The notes beneath the pieces were generated by a model that made no database searches, was not told the DNA's origin, and saw only the letters and a list, made by a program, of their open reading frames with translations. Positions 26,052 to 36,242 of a DNA stretch of 64,000 nt are shown in pieces (within the stretch, counting starts at the first letter, position 1; every line of letters begins with the position of its first letter). The position numbers were made by a program, and so were the translations under genes. This DNA comes from an uncultured Gemmatimonadales bacterium (lineage in GTDB: Bacteria; Gemmatimonadota; Gemmatimonadetes; Longimicrobiales; Longimicrobiaceae): contig OY970303.1 of the NCBI GenBank assembly GCA_963716255.1, positions 4,832,001-4,896,000 on the forward strand, given 5' to 3'.

Positions 26052-26695
26052 GCCTCCTAGACCTGCTGGAGCCGCAGGGGCCCGCCGCCGGGCCCTCCGG
26101 CCAGATCCACGGCGTGGTCACCGGCGTGGTGACCAACAACCAGGACCCCGAGAAGCTGGGCCGGGTGCGGCTGCGCTTCCCCTGGCTCTCGGCCAGCGAG
26201 GAGAGCGCCTGGGCGCGCGTGGCCTCGCCCATGGCCGGCAGCGGGCGCGGGCTGTGGACGCTCCCCGAGGTGGACGACGAGGTGCTGGTGGCGTTCGAGC
26301 GCGGCGACCCGCGCTTCCCCTACGTGCTGGGCGCGCTCTGGAGCAGCAGGGCGCCGCCGCCCGAGACCAACGAGGACGGAAAGAACGACGCGCGGGTCCT
26401 CCGCTCGCGCAGCGGCCACGTGGTGAGGCTGGACGACGCGGACGGCGAGGAGCGCATCGAGATCGTGGACGCCAGCGGCAGGAACTCCATCGTGGTCAGC
26501 ACGAAAGACAACTCCATCACCCTCACGGCGGACGCCGACGTGACCGTGCGCTCCACCGGCGGAAAGCTGGTGCTGGAGGGGAGGGGGATCGAGCTGAAGT
26601 CCCAGGAGGGCGTCAGGGTGGAGGCCGGCAAGGGGCTGGAGATCAAGGCGGGCGGGCAGGTGACGGTGAAGGGCTCCACCATCAACCTCAACTAG
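26048..26695 (+). CDS. Baseplate assembly protein V / spike (gp5 OB-fold)
   Basis: GVVTNNQDPEKLGRVRLRFPW, WARV, LPEVDDEVLVAFERGD..PYVLG. Confidence 0.9.
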   Translation: MSLLDLLEPQGPAAGPSGQIHGVVTGVVTNNQDPEKLGRVRLRFPWLSASEESAWARVASPMAGSGRGLWTLPEVDDEVLVAFERGDPRFPYVLGALWSSRAPPPETNEDGKNDARVLRSRSGHVVRLDDADGEERIEIVDASGRNSIVVSTKDNSITLTADADVTVRSTGGKLVLEGRGIELKSQEGVRVEAGKGLEIKAGGQVTVKGSTINLN

Positions 26696-26696
26696 C

Positions 26697-27092
26697 ATGG
26701 CAAAGCCCGCCGCGAAGCAGGGCGACCGGGTGGTCGCGGTCGACACGCACATCGTCATGGTGCCCACGCCGGCGCTGGTGCCCACGCCGCTCCCGCACCC
26801 CTTTTCCGGGGTGCTGAACGGCGGGCTCAGCGGCGACGTGAAGATCATGGGAAGGCCGGCGGCCACGGTGGACAGCACGGCGGACAACACGCCGAAGCAC
26901 GTCCCCACGCCGCCGGGAATCGCCTTCCAGTCGCCGCCCTCCAACCGGGGGACGGTGAAGACGGGGAGCGCCACGGTGTTCATCAACGGAAAGGCGGCGG
27001 CGCGCGCGGGCGACACCGCGGCCACCTGCAACGACCCGGCGGAGCTCCCCGTGGGGACGGTGGTGGCCGCGGGGACCGTGCTGATCGGGTGA
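26697..27092 (+). CDS. PAAR spike-tip protein
   Basis: PAAKQGD, GRPAAT, GSATVFINGKAAARAGD. Confidence 0.9.
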   Translation: MAKPAAKQGDRVVAVDTHIVMVPTPALVPTPLPHPFSGVLNGGLSGDVKIMGRPAATVDSTADNTPKHVPTPPGIAFQSPPSNRGTVKTGSATVFINGKAAARAGDTAATCNDPAELPVGTVVAAGTVLIG

Positions 27093-27099
27093 GACAGGG

Positions 27100-27504
27100 A
27101 TGAGCAGCGACTTCCAGGGAATGGGGTGGAGCTTCCGGGAGCTGGTGGCCCCGGCGGCCGCGGGGGGCGTGGTCCCCTCGCTCTTCGAGGACGCGGTCCG
27201 CCAGTCGGTGTGGCTGATCCTGGCGACGGCGCCGGGCGAGCGCGTCATGCGCCCCGACTTCGGGTGCCGCATCCACGAGCTGCTCTTCGCCACGGCGAGC
27301 GCGGCCACCCTCGGGCGGGCGGCGCAGGCGGTCCGCGAGGCGCTGACTCGCTGGGAGCCGCGCATCGAGCTGATCGGCGTGGACGTCGCCCCGGACCGCG
27401 CCGAGCCGGCGCTGCTGCGGGTGCGCGTGGACTACCGGGTGCGGACCACCGACAACCGCTTCAACCTGGTCTATCCCTTCTACCTGGAAAGGAGCGCGGG
27501 GTGA
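27100..27504 (+). CDS. gp25/GPW baseplate protein
   Basis: ILAT.PGERVMRPDFGC, WEPRI, NLVYPFYL. Confidence 0.9.
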   Translation: MSSDFQGMGWSFRELVAPAAAGGVVPSLFEDAVRQSVWLILATAPGERVMRPDFGCRIHELLFATASAATLGRAAQAVREALTRWEPRIELIGVDVAPDRAEPALLRVRVDYRVRTTDNRFNLVYPFYLERSAG

Positions 27505-30500
27505 GCGCGACGCGTCCGCGGGTGGAGACCCGCACGGCCCTCGACTTCGTCCGGGAAACGGAGGAGCACCTGCGGGAGCGGGTGGGGTGGGCCCCGCCGC
27601 CGGAGGGCGGCGACCGGGGAACCGCGCTGGTGCACGTGTTCGCGCGCATGGCGGAGACCGTGGCGGACCGGCTGAACCAGGTCCCCGAGCGCAACCTCCT
27701 GGCCTTCCTCAACCTGCTGGGGGTGGACCTGCTCCCCCCGCACGCGGCGCGCGTCCCGCTGACATTCGCGCTGGCGGAGGGCGCGGCCGAGGACGCGCTG
27801 GTCCCCGCGCGCACCCCGGTGGCCGCCGTGCCGCGCGAGGGCGAGGCGGAGCCGCCCGTCTTCGAGACGGAGCGCGAGCTGGTGGTGACGCGCTCGCGGC
27901 TGGTGGCGGCGCTGGTGCGCGACCCGCTGCGCGACCGCGGCACCGACGCCTCGGCGCGCGCCGCGGGCGGCGCCCCCTTCGCGGTGTTCCGCGGGGAGGC
28001 GCCGCTGGAGCACCGCCTGTACCTGGGCGACCCGCGCTTCGCCACGGAGGGCGCCAAGTCGGTGGCGCTGCGCTTCTCGCCCGCGGACGCGGGCGTCCCC
28101 TGGCCGGGGTGGATCCGCTGGTCGTACCGCGCGGAGGAGGGGTGGCTCCCGCTGGCGGCGGCCGCGGTGGCGCGGGACGGGAGCGGCTGGCGGGTGACGC
28201 TCGCCGGGCTCCCCACCGTGCCGGAGACGGAGGTGCTGGGGCGGCGCGACGCCTGGATCTCGGGCGTGCTCACGGTGCCGCTGCGCGAGCGCGGCGTGGC
28301 GCCGGAGACGGGGTGGGCGGCGCCGCCGGCCGGGCTGCGCGCCGGGGAGCGGGACGACCGGGTGTACCCCTTCGGCTGGGGGGAGCCGCGCGATGCCTGG
28401 TACCTGGCGGCGCCCGCGGTGTTCGCGCTGGCGGGGGCGTGGGCCACGCTGCGGGTGGACGCGGACCCCGCCGCGCGCGTGGTCCCCTCCGCCGACCTGG
28501 AGCTGGCCTGGGAGTGTGGCGCGCCGGGCGGTGCCTGGCGCGAGCTGGGCCGCTCCTCCCCCCGCGAGGAGTCCGTGGGCGGCGACACCACGCGCATGCG
28601 CGACGGCACCCGCGCCCTCACCCAGGCGGGCGACGTGGAATTCCGCGTCCCCGCGGAGTGGGCCGCGGGCGTGGTGGGCGGCGTGGAGCGCCTGTGGCTG
28701 CGCGCCCGCGTGGCGCGGGGCGGCTACGGCACCGACGACGCGCACTACCCGCCGGTGCTGCTGCGCGCCCTGCTGGACGCCGAGCTGTCGCTGCCGCCGG
28801 TCGCCGCGGTGGAGTCGCGGGTGGAGATGCGCGCCTCCGGGCTGGTCCCCGACGCGGTGCTCGCCTCCGGCGCGGCGGTGGAGCCGCACCGCGACTTCCG
28901 TCCCTTCGGCGAGCTGCCGCGCATCGGCGACGCGGTGTACCTGTCGTGCCGCGCCCTGGCCGACAAGCCGGGCGCCCGCGTCACCCTGTCCGTGGTCCTC
29001 ACCAACCCCTCCGACGCCGCCGGCACGCCGCGCCCGGCCGCGGCGAGCGGGGTGGTGCTGAGCTGGGAGTACTGGAGCGCCGCCGCGGGGCGCTGGGAGC
29101 TGCTGGGCACCTCCCGCTCGGACGGCGCCGCCGGCACCACCGGCTTCGAGCTGGCGGACGGGACCCGAGCCTTCACCGCGGGCTCCGCCGAGTCGCCCGC
29201 GCAGGTGACTTTCGTCCGTCCGCCGGCCATGGGCGCGGTGGAGGTGGACGGGCGCGGCGAGCCCTGGATCCGCGCCCGCCTTTCCGCCGGCCACTACGGC
29301 CGCGAGGCCGCGTACGAGCAGGCGAAGGACGCCGCGGGGAAGCCGGTGGTCTACCCCGGCACCAGCATCCCCGTCTACCAGCTCACCCCGGGCGACGTGC
29401 GCCCGCCCTCCATCCGCTCGGTGGAGGTGGGGTACGCGTACGACGCGCCCTGGGGGCCGGTGCCGCGGGTCGCCACCGAGAACGATGCGGAGGTGGCGCG
29501 CCCCGCGGACGGCGCCGGGCCCGCGGGGGAGTTCGTCCCCTTCGTCCCCCCCGCCGAGACGGAGCCGGCGCTGTACCTGGGGTGGGAGCGGCCGGGGGAC
29601 GCGCGCGGCTTCGACAACCGGCTGAACACGCTGTACCTGGGGGCCGCCGCGGCCACCTACGACGAGCTGGCGCCGGACGCGGCGCCCGGGGAGCCGGCCA
29701 GCGTGGTGTGGGAGCACTGGGACGGCTTCCGCTGGGCGCACCTGGGCGCGCGCGACGAGACGGCCGGCCTCACCCGGCGCGGGCTGCTGGCCTTCGTGGG
29801 GCCGCCGTCGTTCCCCCTCTCCACGCGCTTCGGCCGCACCGCCTTCTGGATGCGGGCGCGCCTGGAGCGCGGCGGCTACCCCGTCCCCCCGGTGCTGGAG
29901 CGGGTCCTCCCCAACACCACCTGGGCCAGCCACACCGTACGGACGCTGGACGAGACGCTGGGCTCCGGCAATGGCGAGCCGGGGCAGGCGTTCCGCGCCG
30001 CCCGCGCGCCGGTGCTCCCGGGCGAGACGCTGGAGGTGCGCGAGCCGGAGCTTCCCCCTGCCGGCGAGCGGGACCGCATCCTGGCCGAGGCCGGGCCGGA
30101 CGCCATCCGCGTGGTGGAGGACGAGGCCGGGCGCCCGGCCGAGGTGTGGGTGCGCTGGACGCGCGTCCCCGACTTCTTCGGCTCCGGGCCGCGCAGCCGC
30201 CACTACACGCTGGAGCGCTGGAGCGGCGCCGTGCGCTTCGGCGACGGGCGGCGGGGGATGATCCCGCCGCGCGGCCGGGGTAACGTGCGCCTGGCGGCGT
30301 ACCTGTCCGGCGGCGGCCCCGAGGGGAACCGCCCGGCCGGGAGCGTGTCCCGGCTGCGCACCACCGTCCCCTACGTCACCGCCGCCGCCAACCCGGAGCC
30401 CGCCGCGGGCGGCGCCGCCGGGGAGAGCGTGGCGCAGGCGCGCGTGCGCGGCCCGCGCACCCTGCGCCACCGCGACCGCGCCGTCGCCCTGGTCGACTAC

Positions 30501-31019
30501 GAGGACCTGGCCTTCGAGGCCTCGCCCGAGCTGGCGGTGGCGCACGCCGTCCCCCCGGCGGTGGAGTCCGCGGGGACGGTGGCGCTGGTGGTGGTCCCGC
30601 GCGGCGCCGAGGCCCGCCCGGCGCCCAGCCTGGAGCTGCTGGCGCGGGTGCGGGAGCACGTGGGGGCGCGCGTCTCCCCCACGGTGGAGCTGGTGGTGCA
30701 GGGGCCGGAGTGGGTGCGCGTGACCGTCGCCGCGGAGGTGGTCCCCGCGCGGCTGGAGGCCGCCAGCGACGTGCACGCCGCCGTACTGGCGCGCGTGGCC
30801 GCCTTCCTCCACCCGCTCACCGGCGGGAGCGGCGGCGAGGGGTGGCCCTTCGGGCGGCGCCCGCACCGCTCCGACCTGTACGCCGTCGCGGAAACCACGC
30901 CGGGCGTGGACCACGTCCGCGCTCTGGAGGTGGAGTGGGACGACATGCCGCACCCGGAGCGCTCGCTGGTCTACGGCGGCGAGCACCGGATCACCGTCGT
31001 CGGCCTGGCCGACGCCTGA
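27501..31019 (+). CDS. Baseplate J-like wedge protein (Afp11-like)
   Basis: RLNQVPE..FLNLLG, VFETE, GSGNGEPGQ.F, FGDGRRGMIPP, RAV..DYE, FLHPLTGG..G.GWPFGR. Confidence 0.85.
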   Translation: MSATRPRVETRTALDFVRETEEHLRERVGWAPPPEGGDRGTALVHVFARMAETVADRLNQVPERNLLAFLNLLGVDLLPPHAARVPLTFALAEGAAEDALVPARTPVAAVPREGEAEPPVFETERELVVTRSRLVAALVRDPLRDRGTDASARAAGGAPFAVFRGEAPLEHRLYLGDPRFATEGAKSVALRFSPADAGVPWPGWIRWSYRAEEGWLPLAAAAVARDGSGWRVTLAGLPTVPETEVLGRRDAWISGVLTVPLRERGVAPETGWAAPPAGLRAGERDDRVYPFGWGEPRDAWYLAAPAVFALAGAWATLRVDADPAARVVPSADLELAWECGAPGGAWRELGRSSPREESVGGDTTRMRDGTRALTQAGDVEFRVPAEWAAGVVGGVERLWLRARVARGGYGTDDAHYPPVLLRALLDAELSLPPVAAVESRVEMRASGLVPDAVLASGAAVEPHRDFRPFGELPRIGDAVYLSCRALADKPGARVTLSVVLTNPSDAAGTPRPAAASGVVLSWEYWSAAAGRWELLGTSRSDGAAGTTGFELADGTRAFTAGSAESPAQVTFVRPPAMGAVEVDGRGEPWIRARLSAGHYGREAAYEQAKDAAGKPVVYPGTSIPVYQLTPGDVRPPSIRSVEVGYAYDAPWGPVPRVATENDAEVARPADGAGPAGEFVPFVPPAETEPALYLGWERPGDARGFDNRLNTLYLGAAAATYDELAPDAAPGEPASVVWEHWDGFRWAHLGARDETAGLTRRGLLAFVGPPSFPLSTRFGRTAFWMRARLERGGYPVPPVLERVLPNTTWASHTVRTLDETLGSGNGEPGQAFRAARAPVLPGETLEVREPELPPAGERDRILAEAGPDAIRVVEDEAGRPAEVWVRWTRVPDFFGSGPRSRHYTLERWSGAVRFGDGRRGMIPPRGRGNVRLAAYLSGGGPEGNRPAGSVSRLRTTVPYVTAAANPEPAAGGAAGESVAQARVRGPRTLRHRDRAVALVDYEDLAFEASPELAVAHAVPPAVESAGTVALVVVPRGAEARPAPSLELLARVREHVGARVSPTVELVVQGPEWVRVTVAAEVVPARLEAASDVHAAVLARVAAFLHPLTGGSGGEGWPFGRRPHRSDLYAVAETTPGVDHVRALEVEWDDMPHPERSLVYGGEHRITVVGLADA

Positions 31020-31033
31020 CCCGGGAGCCCCGC

Positions 31034-32506
31034 GTGCCCATCCCGCTTCCCAACCTGGATGACCGCACCTTCGCCGACCTCGTGGAGGAGGCGCGGACGA
31101 CGATCCCGGGGCTGGCCCCCGGCTGGACGGACCACAACCCGTCCGACCCGGGGATCACCCTGGTGGAGCTCTTCGCCCACCTGGCGGAGATGATGATCTA
31201 CCGCACCGACCAGGTGCCGGACGCCAACCTGCGCGTCTTCCTCAAGCTGCTGGACGGCGGCGCCGGCGATGCCGCGGGCGCCGTGGAGCCCGGCGGCGCC
31301 GCGCTGGACGAGTCGCTGCGCCGCGGCGTGCTGCGCCTGCGCGAGCGGGAGCGCGCCGTCACCCGCGAGGACTACGAGCTGCTGGCGCTGCAGGCCTTCA
31401 ACGCCTGGCTGGCCGGAATGCGCGAGGCCGAGGCCGCCGCCACCCCCGACGACTGGTTCGCCTGGCTGTCGCGGACCCGCCCGGACGAGGTCGCCGGGCT
31501 CACCGTAGCCGCGGCGTGGGCCGGGCGCGAAGCGTGGTGGGCGCGCGAGTGGTGGGGCCCCGCGGGGCTCCGGCGCGGCGCGGACCCGCTTCCCTCCGGG
31601 GTGCGCCCGGTGGAGCGCGCTTTCTGCGTGCCGCGCCGCGACCTCGCCGCCGGCACCGAGGCCGAGCGCACGGCGCCCGCGCCCGGCCACCTCAGCCTGG
31701 TCGTCCTCCCGGGGCCGGCGGACCCCGGCGCCGCCTCGCACGCCGGCCTCGCCCCCGACTGGGGGCTGCGCCGCGCGCTGTGGAGCTGGCTGGACCCGCG
31801 GCGGATGCTCACCACCCGCCACCACGTGGTGGGGCCCACCTACGTCCCGGTGCGGGTGCGCGTGCGGGTGATGAGCCGCCCCGACGTCCCCGAGACGCAG
31901 CTGGGCGCGGTGGCCGACGAGCTGCGCCACTTCTTCGACCCGCTCCGCGGCGGGCCGGAGGGCGAGGGGCGCGCCTTCGGGCGCGACGTGTACGCCTCCG
32001 AGCTGTACGCCGCCCTGGAGCGCCTTCCCCTGGTGGACCACGTCCCCTTCCTGGAGCTGCTCCCCGGCTGCGCCGGGGGCGAGCGCGGCTGCGTCGCCGC
32101 ACCGGAGCTGCGCTCCACCGACGGCCGCGCCCAGGTGGGGCTCGCCATGGCGCAGCACCACCTCCCGCTGCTGCGCCTGCTCCCCGGCGACGTGCAGGTG
32201 TCCACGCACACCGTCCCCGTGCGGGTGGCGGTGGACGCCACCCGAGCGCGCAGCGTGGCGGAGGGCGAAGCGAGGCGCGACCTGCGCGCCGCCGTGGAGC
32301 GCTTCTTCGCGCAGCCGGGCGAGAGCTTCACCGTGGCCGCGCTGCGCGCCGAGCTGCGCCGGCTGGCCGCCGTCGACGCCCGGCAGACGGTGGCGGTGCG
32401 CTTCGACGCCGACCCCGCGCACCTCGTCACCGACGGCGCCGCCACCGGCGTCCGGTTGTCCGCGCGTGAGGCGGCGGATGCGCGACTTGCGCTGGACCTC
32501 CGCTGA
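31034..32506 (+). CDS. Second baseplate J-like protein
   Basis: PLPNLDDRTF, WTDHNPSDPGITLVELFA, RAVT.EDYE, FFDPLRGG; GTG start. Confidence 0.85.
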   Translation: MPIPLPNLDDRTFADLVEEARTTIPGLAPGWTDHNPSDPGITLVELFAHLAEMMIYRTDQVPDANLRVFLKLLDGGAGDAAGAVEPGGAALDESLRRGVLRLRERERAVTREDYELLALQAFNAWLAGMREAEAAATPDDWFAWLSRTRPDEVAGLTVAAAWAGREAWWAREWWGPAGLRRGADPLPSGVRPVERAFCVPRRDLAAGTEAERTAPAPGHLSLVVLPGPADPGAASHAGLAPDWGLRRALWSWLDPRRMLTTRHHVVGPTYVPVRVRVRVMSRPDVPETQLGAVADELRHFFDPLRGGPEGEGRAFGRDVYASELYAALERLPLVDHVPFLELLPGCAGGERGCVAAPELRSTDGRAQVGLAMAQHHLPLLRLLPGDVQVSTHTVPVRVAVDATRARSVAEGEARRDLRAAVERFFAQPGESFTVAALRAELRRLAAVDARQTVAVRFDADPAHLVTDGAATGVRLSAREAADARLALDLR

Positions 32507-32523
32507 CCCCGGACCCCGAGCCC

Positions 32524-33123
32524 ATGGCAACGCACGAGCCCCTGGACCTGCTCCGCCTCCTCCCCGCGCCCTTCCAGCAGACGGTGGCGCCGGACGGCGG
32601 CGACGCCGCCGGCCCCAGCTGGCTGGCGCTCTTCCTCCAGGCCTTCCAGCGGGTGCTGGCGGAGCTGGAGGACGAGATCGACACCGTCCACCGGAGCTTC
32701 GACCCGGACCACACCCGCGCCGACTTCCTGGAGTGGCTGGGCGGCTGGGTGGCGCTCTCCTTCCGCGCCGACCTGGACGACGAGCGGCGCCGCGAGTTCA
32801 TCCGCCGGGCGGTGACGCTGTACCGCCGCCGCGGCACGCGCCGCGGCCTGGAGGAAGTGCTGGAGGTGCACACCGGGCTGCGCGACGGCGCCGTGGAGGT
32901 CAACGAGCTCGTCTCGTCCTTCCAGCTCGGCGTCAGCTCGCGCATCGGCGCCGACACCCTGTTCGCCGGCGGGGCGCCGCACTTCTTCCGGGTGAGGCTG
33001 CGCGTCCCCACCGCCGACCCCGCGCGCGTCCGCTGGTACCGCGAGGTCGCCACGGCGGTGATCGAGGCGGAAAAGCCCGCGCACACCCGGTACGTGCTGG
33101 ACCTGTCCACGCCCGCGACCTGA
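32524..33123 (+). CDS. Phage tail protein I-like (baseplate periphery)
   Basis: FDP...FLEWLGGW, LYRRRGT..GL, IEAEKPAHT.Y. Confidence 0.85.
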   Translation: MATHEPLDLLRLLPAPFQQTVAPDGGDAAGPSWLALFLQAFQRVLAELEDEIDTVHRSFDPDHTRADFLEWLGGWVALSFRADLDDERRREFIRRAVTLYRRRGTRRGLEEVLEVHTGLRDGAVEVNELVSSFQLGVSSRIGADTLFAGGAPHFFRVRLRVPTADPARVRWYREVATAVIEAEKPAHTRYVLDLSTPAT

Positions 33124-33145
33124 GACCCCCAGCCAGCAGCCGTCC

Positions 33146-35776
33146 ATGGCCGAAGAGCTTGCCGTCAAGAGACTGAAGTACTTCAACCACCAGTTCCTGC
33201 GGGTGGAGGACTTCCAGGAGGAGCAGGACTACCACCTCCGGATGCGGCGCCGCCTCAACCGGGTGCTGCACACCTGGGGCGTCGCCGAGGGACTGCAGGT
33301 GACCGCCGCCGCCGGCGCGAATGCCGTCAGGGTGGCCGCCGGCACCGCGATCGACGAGCAGGGGCGCGAGATCGTCCTGCTCACCGAGCGCACGGAGCCG
33401 CTGGCGACGTACTCCGTGAAGACGGTGTACGTGACGCTCCGCTACCTGGAGGAGCCCACCGACGAGACCGACGAGACCGGCACCGCCCTGGAGGCCCGCC
33501 GCTGGACCGAGCGCCCCGAGGTGAGGATCGTGGACGCGCCGCCCGCCCGGCAGGGCGAGGTCCTGGTGCTGGCGCGCGTCACCCTGGCCGCAAACGGCAC
33601 CGTCGCCACGGTGGACGAAGGCGACGTGGCCAACCGGCGCCGCTACGCCGGCGCGGTGGGCGGCGACCTGGAGGTGCGCAGCCTGTCGCTGGCCGCGGAG
33701 GGCCGCCCGGCCACCGACTACCCGCTGCTGCGCTACGGGGCCATCCAGCGCGCCGACCTCACGGGGAGCCTGCGGGTGACCCAGAACGCCACCGTGGACG
33801 GCAAGCTCGCCGTCACCGGCACCAGCGCCTTCACCGGCGCGGCCGCCTTCGCCGGCGCCACCTTCTCGGGCGCGACCGCCTTCACCGGCGCCGCCACCTT
33901 TTCGGGCGGCGCCACGCTCGCCGCGGGGCGGCTGGGGGTGGGCGTCGCCACGGCGGACGCCCCGGTGCACCTCAAGGGCGGGGGCTGGGACCTCGCGGCC
34001 GGCGAGGGCGATTTCAAGGTGGGCGACGGCGCGCAGCGCCTCAAGATGGGGGTGGCGCTGGGCGGGGCCGGCGGCGGCGACGCGCGCATCCGCGCCCACG
34101 GAGGCACCAACCGGCTGATCCTGGGGAGCGGCACCGCCGACGTCCTCGCCGTGCAGAACGGCAGGGTGGGGATCGGCACCATCGACCCCATCGCGACGCT
34201 GCACGTCCCCGAATCGGGGATGCAGATCGGCGCCAGTGCCACCGCCGCCAACAACTTCCACTTCGTTTCCGACGAAGTCCCCGCCGGCGCCCCCCGCGCG
34301 CTCCGCGTCTACGGCGGCAACTACGGCTCCGGCACCCACCTGCTTTCCGTCACCGCGGTCGGGCGCGTGGGGATCGGCGTCACCACCCCCAGCACCCCGC
34401 TGCACGTGCGCGGACGGGTACTCAGCCAGGCCGCGGCCGGGTTCCCCGGTGGCTTCTCGATGATCCCCGGCGACGGTTCGGCGTGGTTCCACGTGGACCA
34501 CCCGGGCGGCAACCGCATGCGGTTCTCGCAGGGGGCCGAGCCGGGCGGGACCGAGCTGATGACCATCCACGCCTCCGGCAGCGTCGGCATCGGCACCGCC
34601 ACGCCCGCGGCCCGCCTCCAGGTGAGCGGCGGCGCCATCATGCCGGCGGCCGGCAACTCCGCGTCCGCCGGGATCCAGTTCCCGGACAACCCGGGCGGCG
34701 GCGGGGGCGACGCGGCCTGGATCCGCTACTACGCGCGCGCCGGCGAGGCCGCGACACTGGAGATCGGCACCGCCAACGACGCCGACGACCACATCTCGCT
34801 CATGCCCTCCGGCAGCGTGGGCGTGGGCACCCTCGCCCCGGAGGACAAGCTCCACGTCCACGGCGCGCTGCGCATCCTCACCGACGGCAACCCCATCCGC
34901 TTCACCTCGCAGTGGAGCGGGCACGCCGACGCCAACAAGGCGGAGATCGCCAACGACACGCTGGGCTCCAAGACCCTGATGATCGTGGGCAACAGCTCCG
35001 GCGGCGGCGGCATCCGGCGGGTGGGGATCTGGGACGAGCTGGCGGTGCACGGCAAGCTGTTCGTGGACAACGACATCGTCCTGGGCGCGAGCAAGCAGTT
35101 CTACTCCACCGGGCGCATTCACATCAACGGCGAGGAGAACGTCTACTTCGTCAACAAGGGCCTCACCATCGTCAGCAAGAGCTGGGGCGGGACCGGCAAC
35201 TTCTCCGTCGAGGGCAGCCTCGGCATCGGCACGGAGACGCCGGGGTACCGCCTGCACGTCATGGGCGGCGCGCGCATCCAGGGCAACCTGTCGGTGGACG
35301 GCTCCAAGTACGGCTACGTGGTGGACGAGTTCGTCAACACCACCGGCGACGTGCTGGAGCAGGGCGACGTGGTGGTGATCGGGCCCAACCAGGAGGCGCA
35401 GTACCTCAACGCCTCGGGCCGGATCCCCATCCCCGAAGTGGACCTGACCGACCGCGAGCACGATACCCGCGTGTGCGGCGTGGTGGCCGAGATCAGCTCG
35501 TTCGCCGAGCGCAACGGCGACGCCGACCCCGCCGCCACCCGGGTGCAGCCCGGCCAGGTGGGCGCCATGGTGACGCTGGGGGCGTTCGTGGTGTGCAAGG
35601 TGGACGCGAAGTACGGCGCCATCCAGGTGGGCGACCTGCTGACCACCAGCGCCACGCGCGGGCACGCCCGCCGCGTGGACGACCCCGCCCGCGCCGGCGG
35701 GGCCATCGTCGGCAAGGCGCTGGCGTCGCTGGAAAAGGGGCGCGGCAGGATCCCGGTGCTGGTCACCCTCCACTAG
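33146..35776 (+). CDS. eCIS tail fibre
   Basis: RLKYFNHQFL...DFQEEQDYH fibre-anchor N-terminus; repeated G.VG(I/V)G...P...LHV units; C-terminal GDLLTTS...GHA...IVGKAL domain. Confidence 0.85.
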   Translation: MAEELAVKRLKYFNHQFLRVEDFQEEQDYHLRMRRRLNRVLHTWGVAEGLQVTAAAGANAVRVAAGTAIDEQGREIVLLTERTEPLATYSVKTVYVTLRYLEEPTDETDETGTALEARRWTERPEVRIVDAPPARQGEVLVLARVTLAANGTVATVDEGDVANRRRYAGAVGGDLEVRSLSLAAEGRPATDYPLLRYGAIQRADLTGSLRVTQNATVDGKLAVTGTSAFTGAAAFAGATFSGATAFTGAATFSGGATLAAGRLGVGVATADAPVHLKGGGWDLAAGEGDFKVGDGAQRLKMGVALGGAGGGDARIRAHGGTNRLILGSGTADVLAVQNGRVGIGTIDPIATLHVPESGMQIGASATAANNFHFVSDEVPAGAPRALRVYGGNYGSGTHLLSVTAVGRVGIGVTTPSTPLHVRGRVLSQAAAGFPGGFSMIPGDGSAWFHVDHPGGNRMRFSQGAEPGGTELMTIHASGSVGIGTATPAARLQVSGGAIMPAAGNSASAGIQFPDNPGGGGGDAAWIRYYARAGEAATLEIGTANDADDHISLMPSGSVGVGTLAPEDKLHVHGALRILTDGNPIRFTSQWSGHADANKAEIANDTLGSKTLMIVGNSSGGGGIRRVGIWDELAVHGKLFVDNDIVLGASKQFYSTGRIHINGEENVYFVNKGLTIVSKSWGGTGNFSVEGSLGIGTETPGYRLHVMGGARIQGNLSVDGSKYGYVVDEFVNTTGDVLEQGDVVVIGPNQEAQYLNASGRIPIPEVDLTDREHDTRVCGVVAEISSFAERNGDADPAATRVQPGQVGAMVTLGAFVVCKVDAKYGAIQVGDLLTTSATRGHARRVDDPARAGGAIVGKALASLEKGRGRIPVLVTLH

Positions 35777-35825
35777 ATTACCGGGCCGGTCCGCCGGGCC
35801 GGCCCACACTCAACGGCGGAATGCG

Positions 35826-36044
35826 ATGAGAGAGCAGATCGAGGCGCGCCTGACCGAGCTGCGGGGCGAATACGAGGAGGGGCAGCGGATGCTGGCCGAC
35901 CTCCAGGCCCGCCAGAACAGCCTTCACGAGACGCTGCTGCGGATCGCCGGGGCCATCATGGTGATGGAGGAGATGATCCAGCAGGCCGGGCCGCTCGCGG
36001 GTTCCGGCGAGGAGGCCGCGGGCGACGAGGCGCCGCAGGGCTGA
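35826..36044 (+). CDS. Small coiled-coil protein at the end of the eCIS operon
   Basis: MREQIEARLTELRGEYEEGQRML..L...LLRIAGAI.V.EE heptad pattern. Confidence 0.7.
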   Translation: MREQIEARLTELRGEYEEGQRMLADLQARQNSLHETLLRIAGAIMVMEEMIQQAGPLAGSGEEAAGDEAPQG

Positions 36045-36242
36045 CGCGGGCGCCGCGCCGCTGAGAAGCGAGGAGGCCCCGGTCGACGACGTGTCGGCCG
36101 GGGCCTCGTACGCAGGGTGCGCCGCGATCACCGGGCGCGCCGCATGCATCGCTCCCTCGCGTCCGGCGCCGGTCCCGATCCCGCAGCCCGCAGAGGACCT
36201 CTTGATCCACCCGCAGACCCGGTGCGGCCGGGAGCGCCCGCG

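Noticed and set aside
27480..30986. Long antisense ORFs (e.g. 1168 aa here; also 7795-10656, 13513-16530, 32933-35809, 51617-54619)
   Set aside because: Antisense shadows of motif-bearing genes, expected when stop codons are scarce at this GC content.
8032..36044. Prophage or T6SS
   Set aside because: No head, portal, terminase or integrase, and no TssJ/L/M or ClpV; Afp15-type ATPase, DUF4255 and DUF4157 indicate an eCIS.
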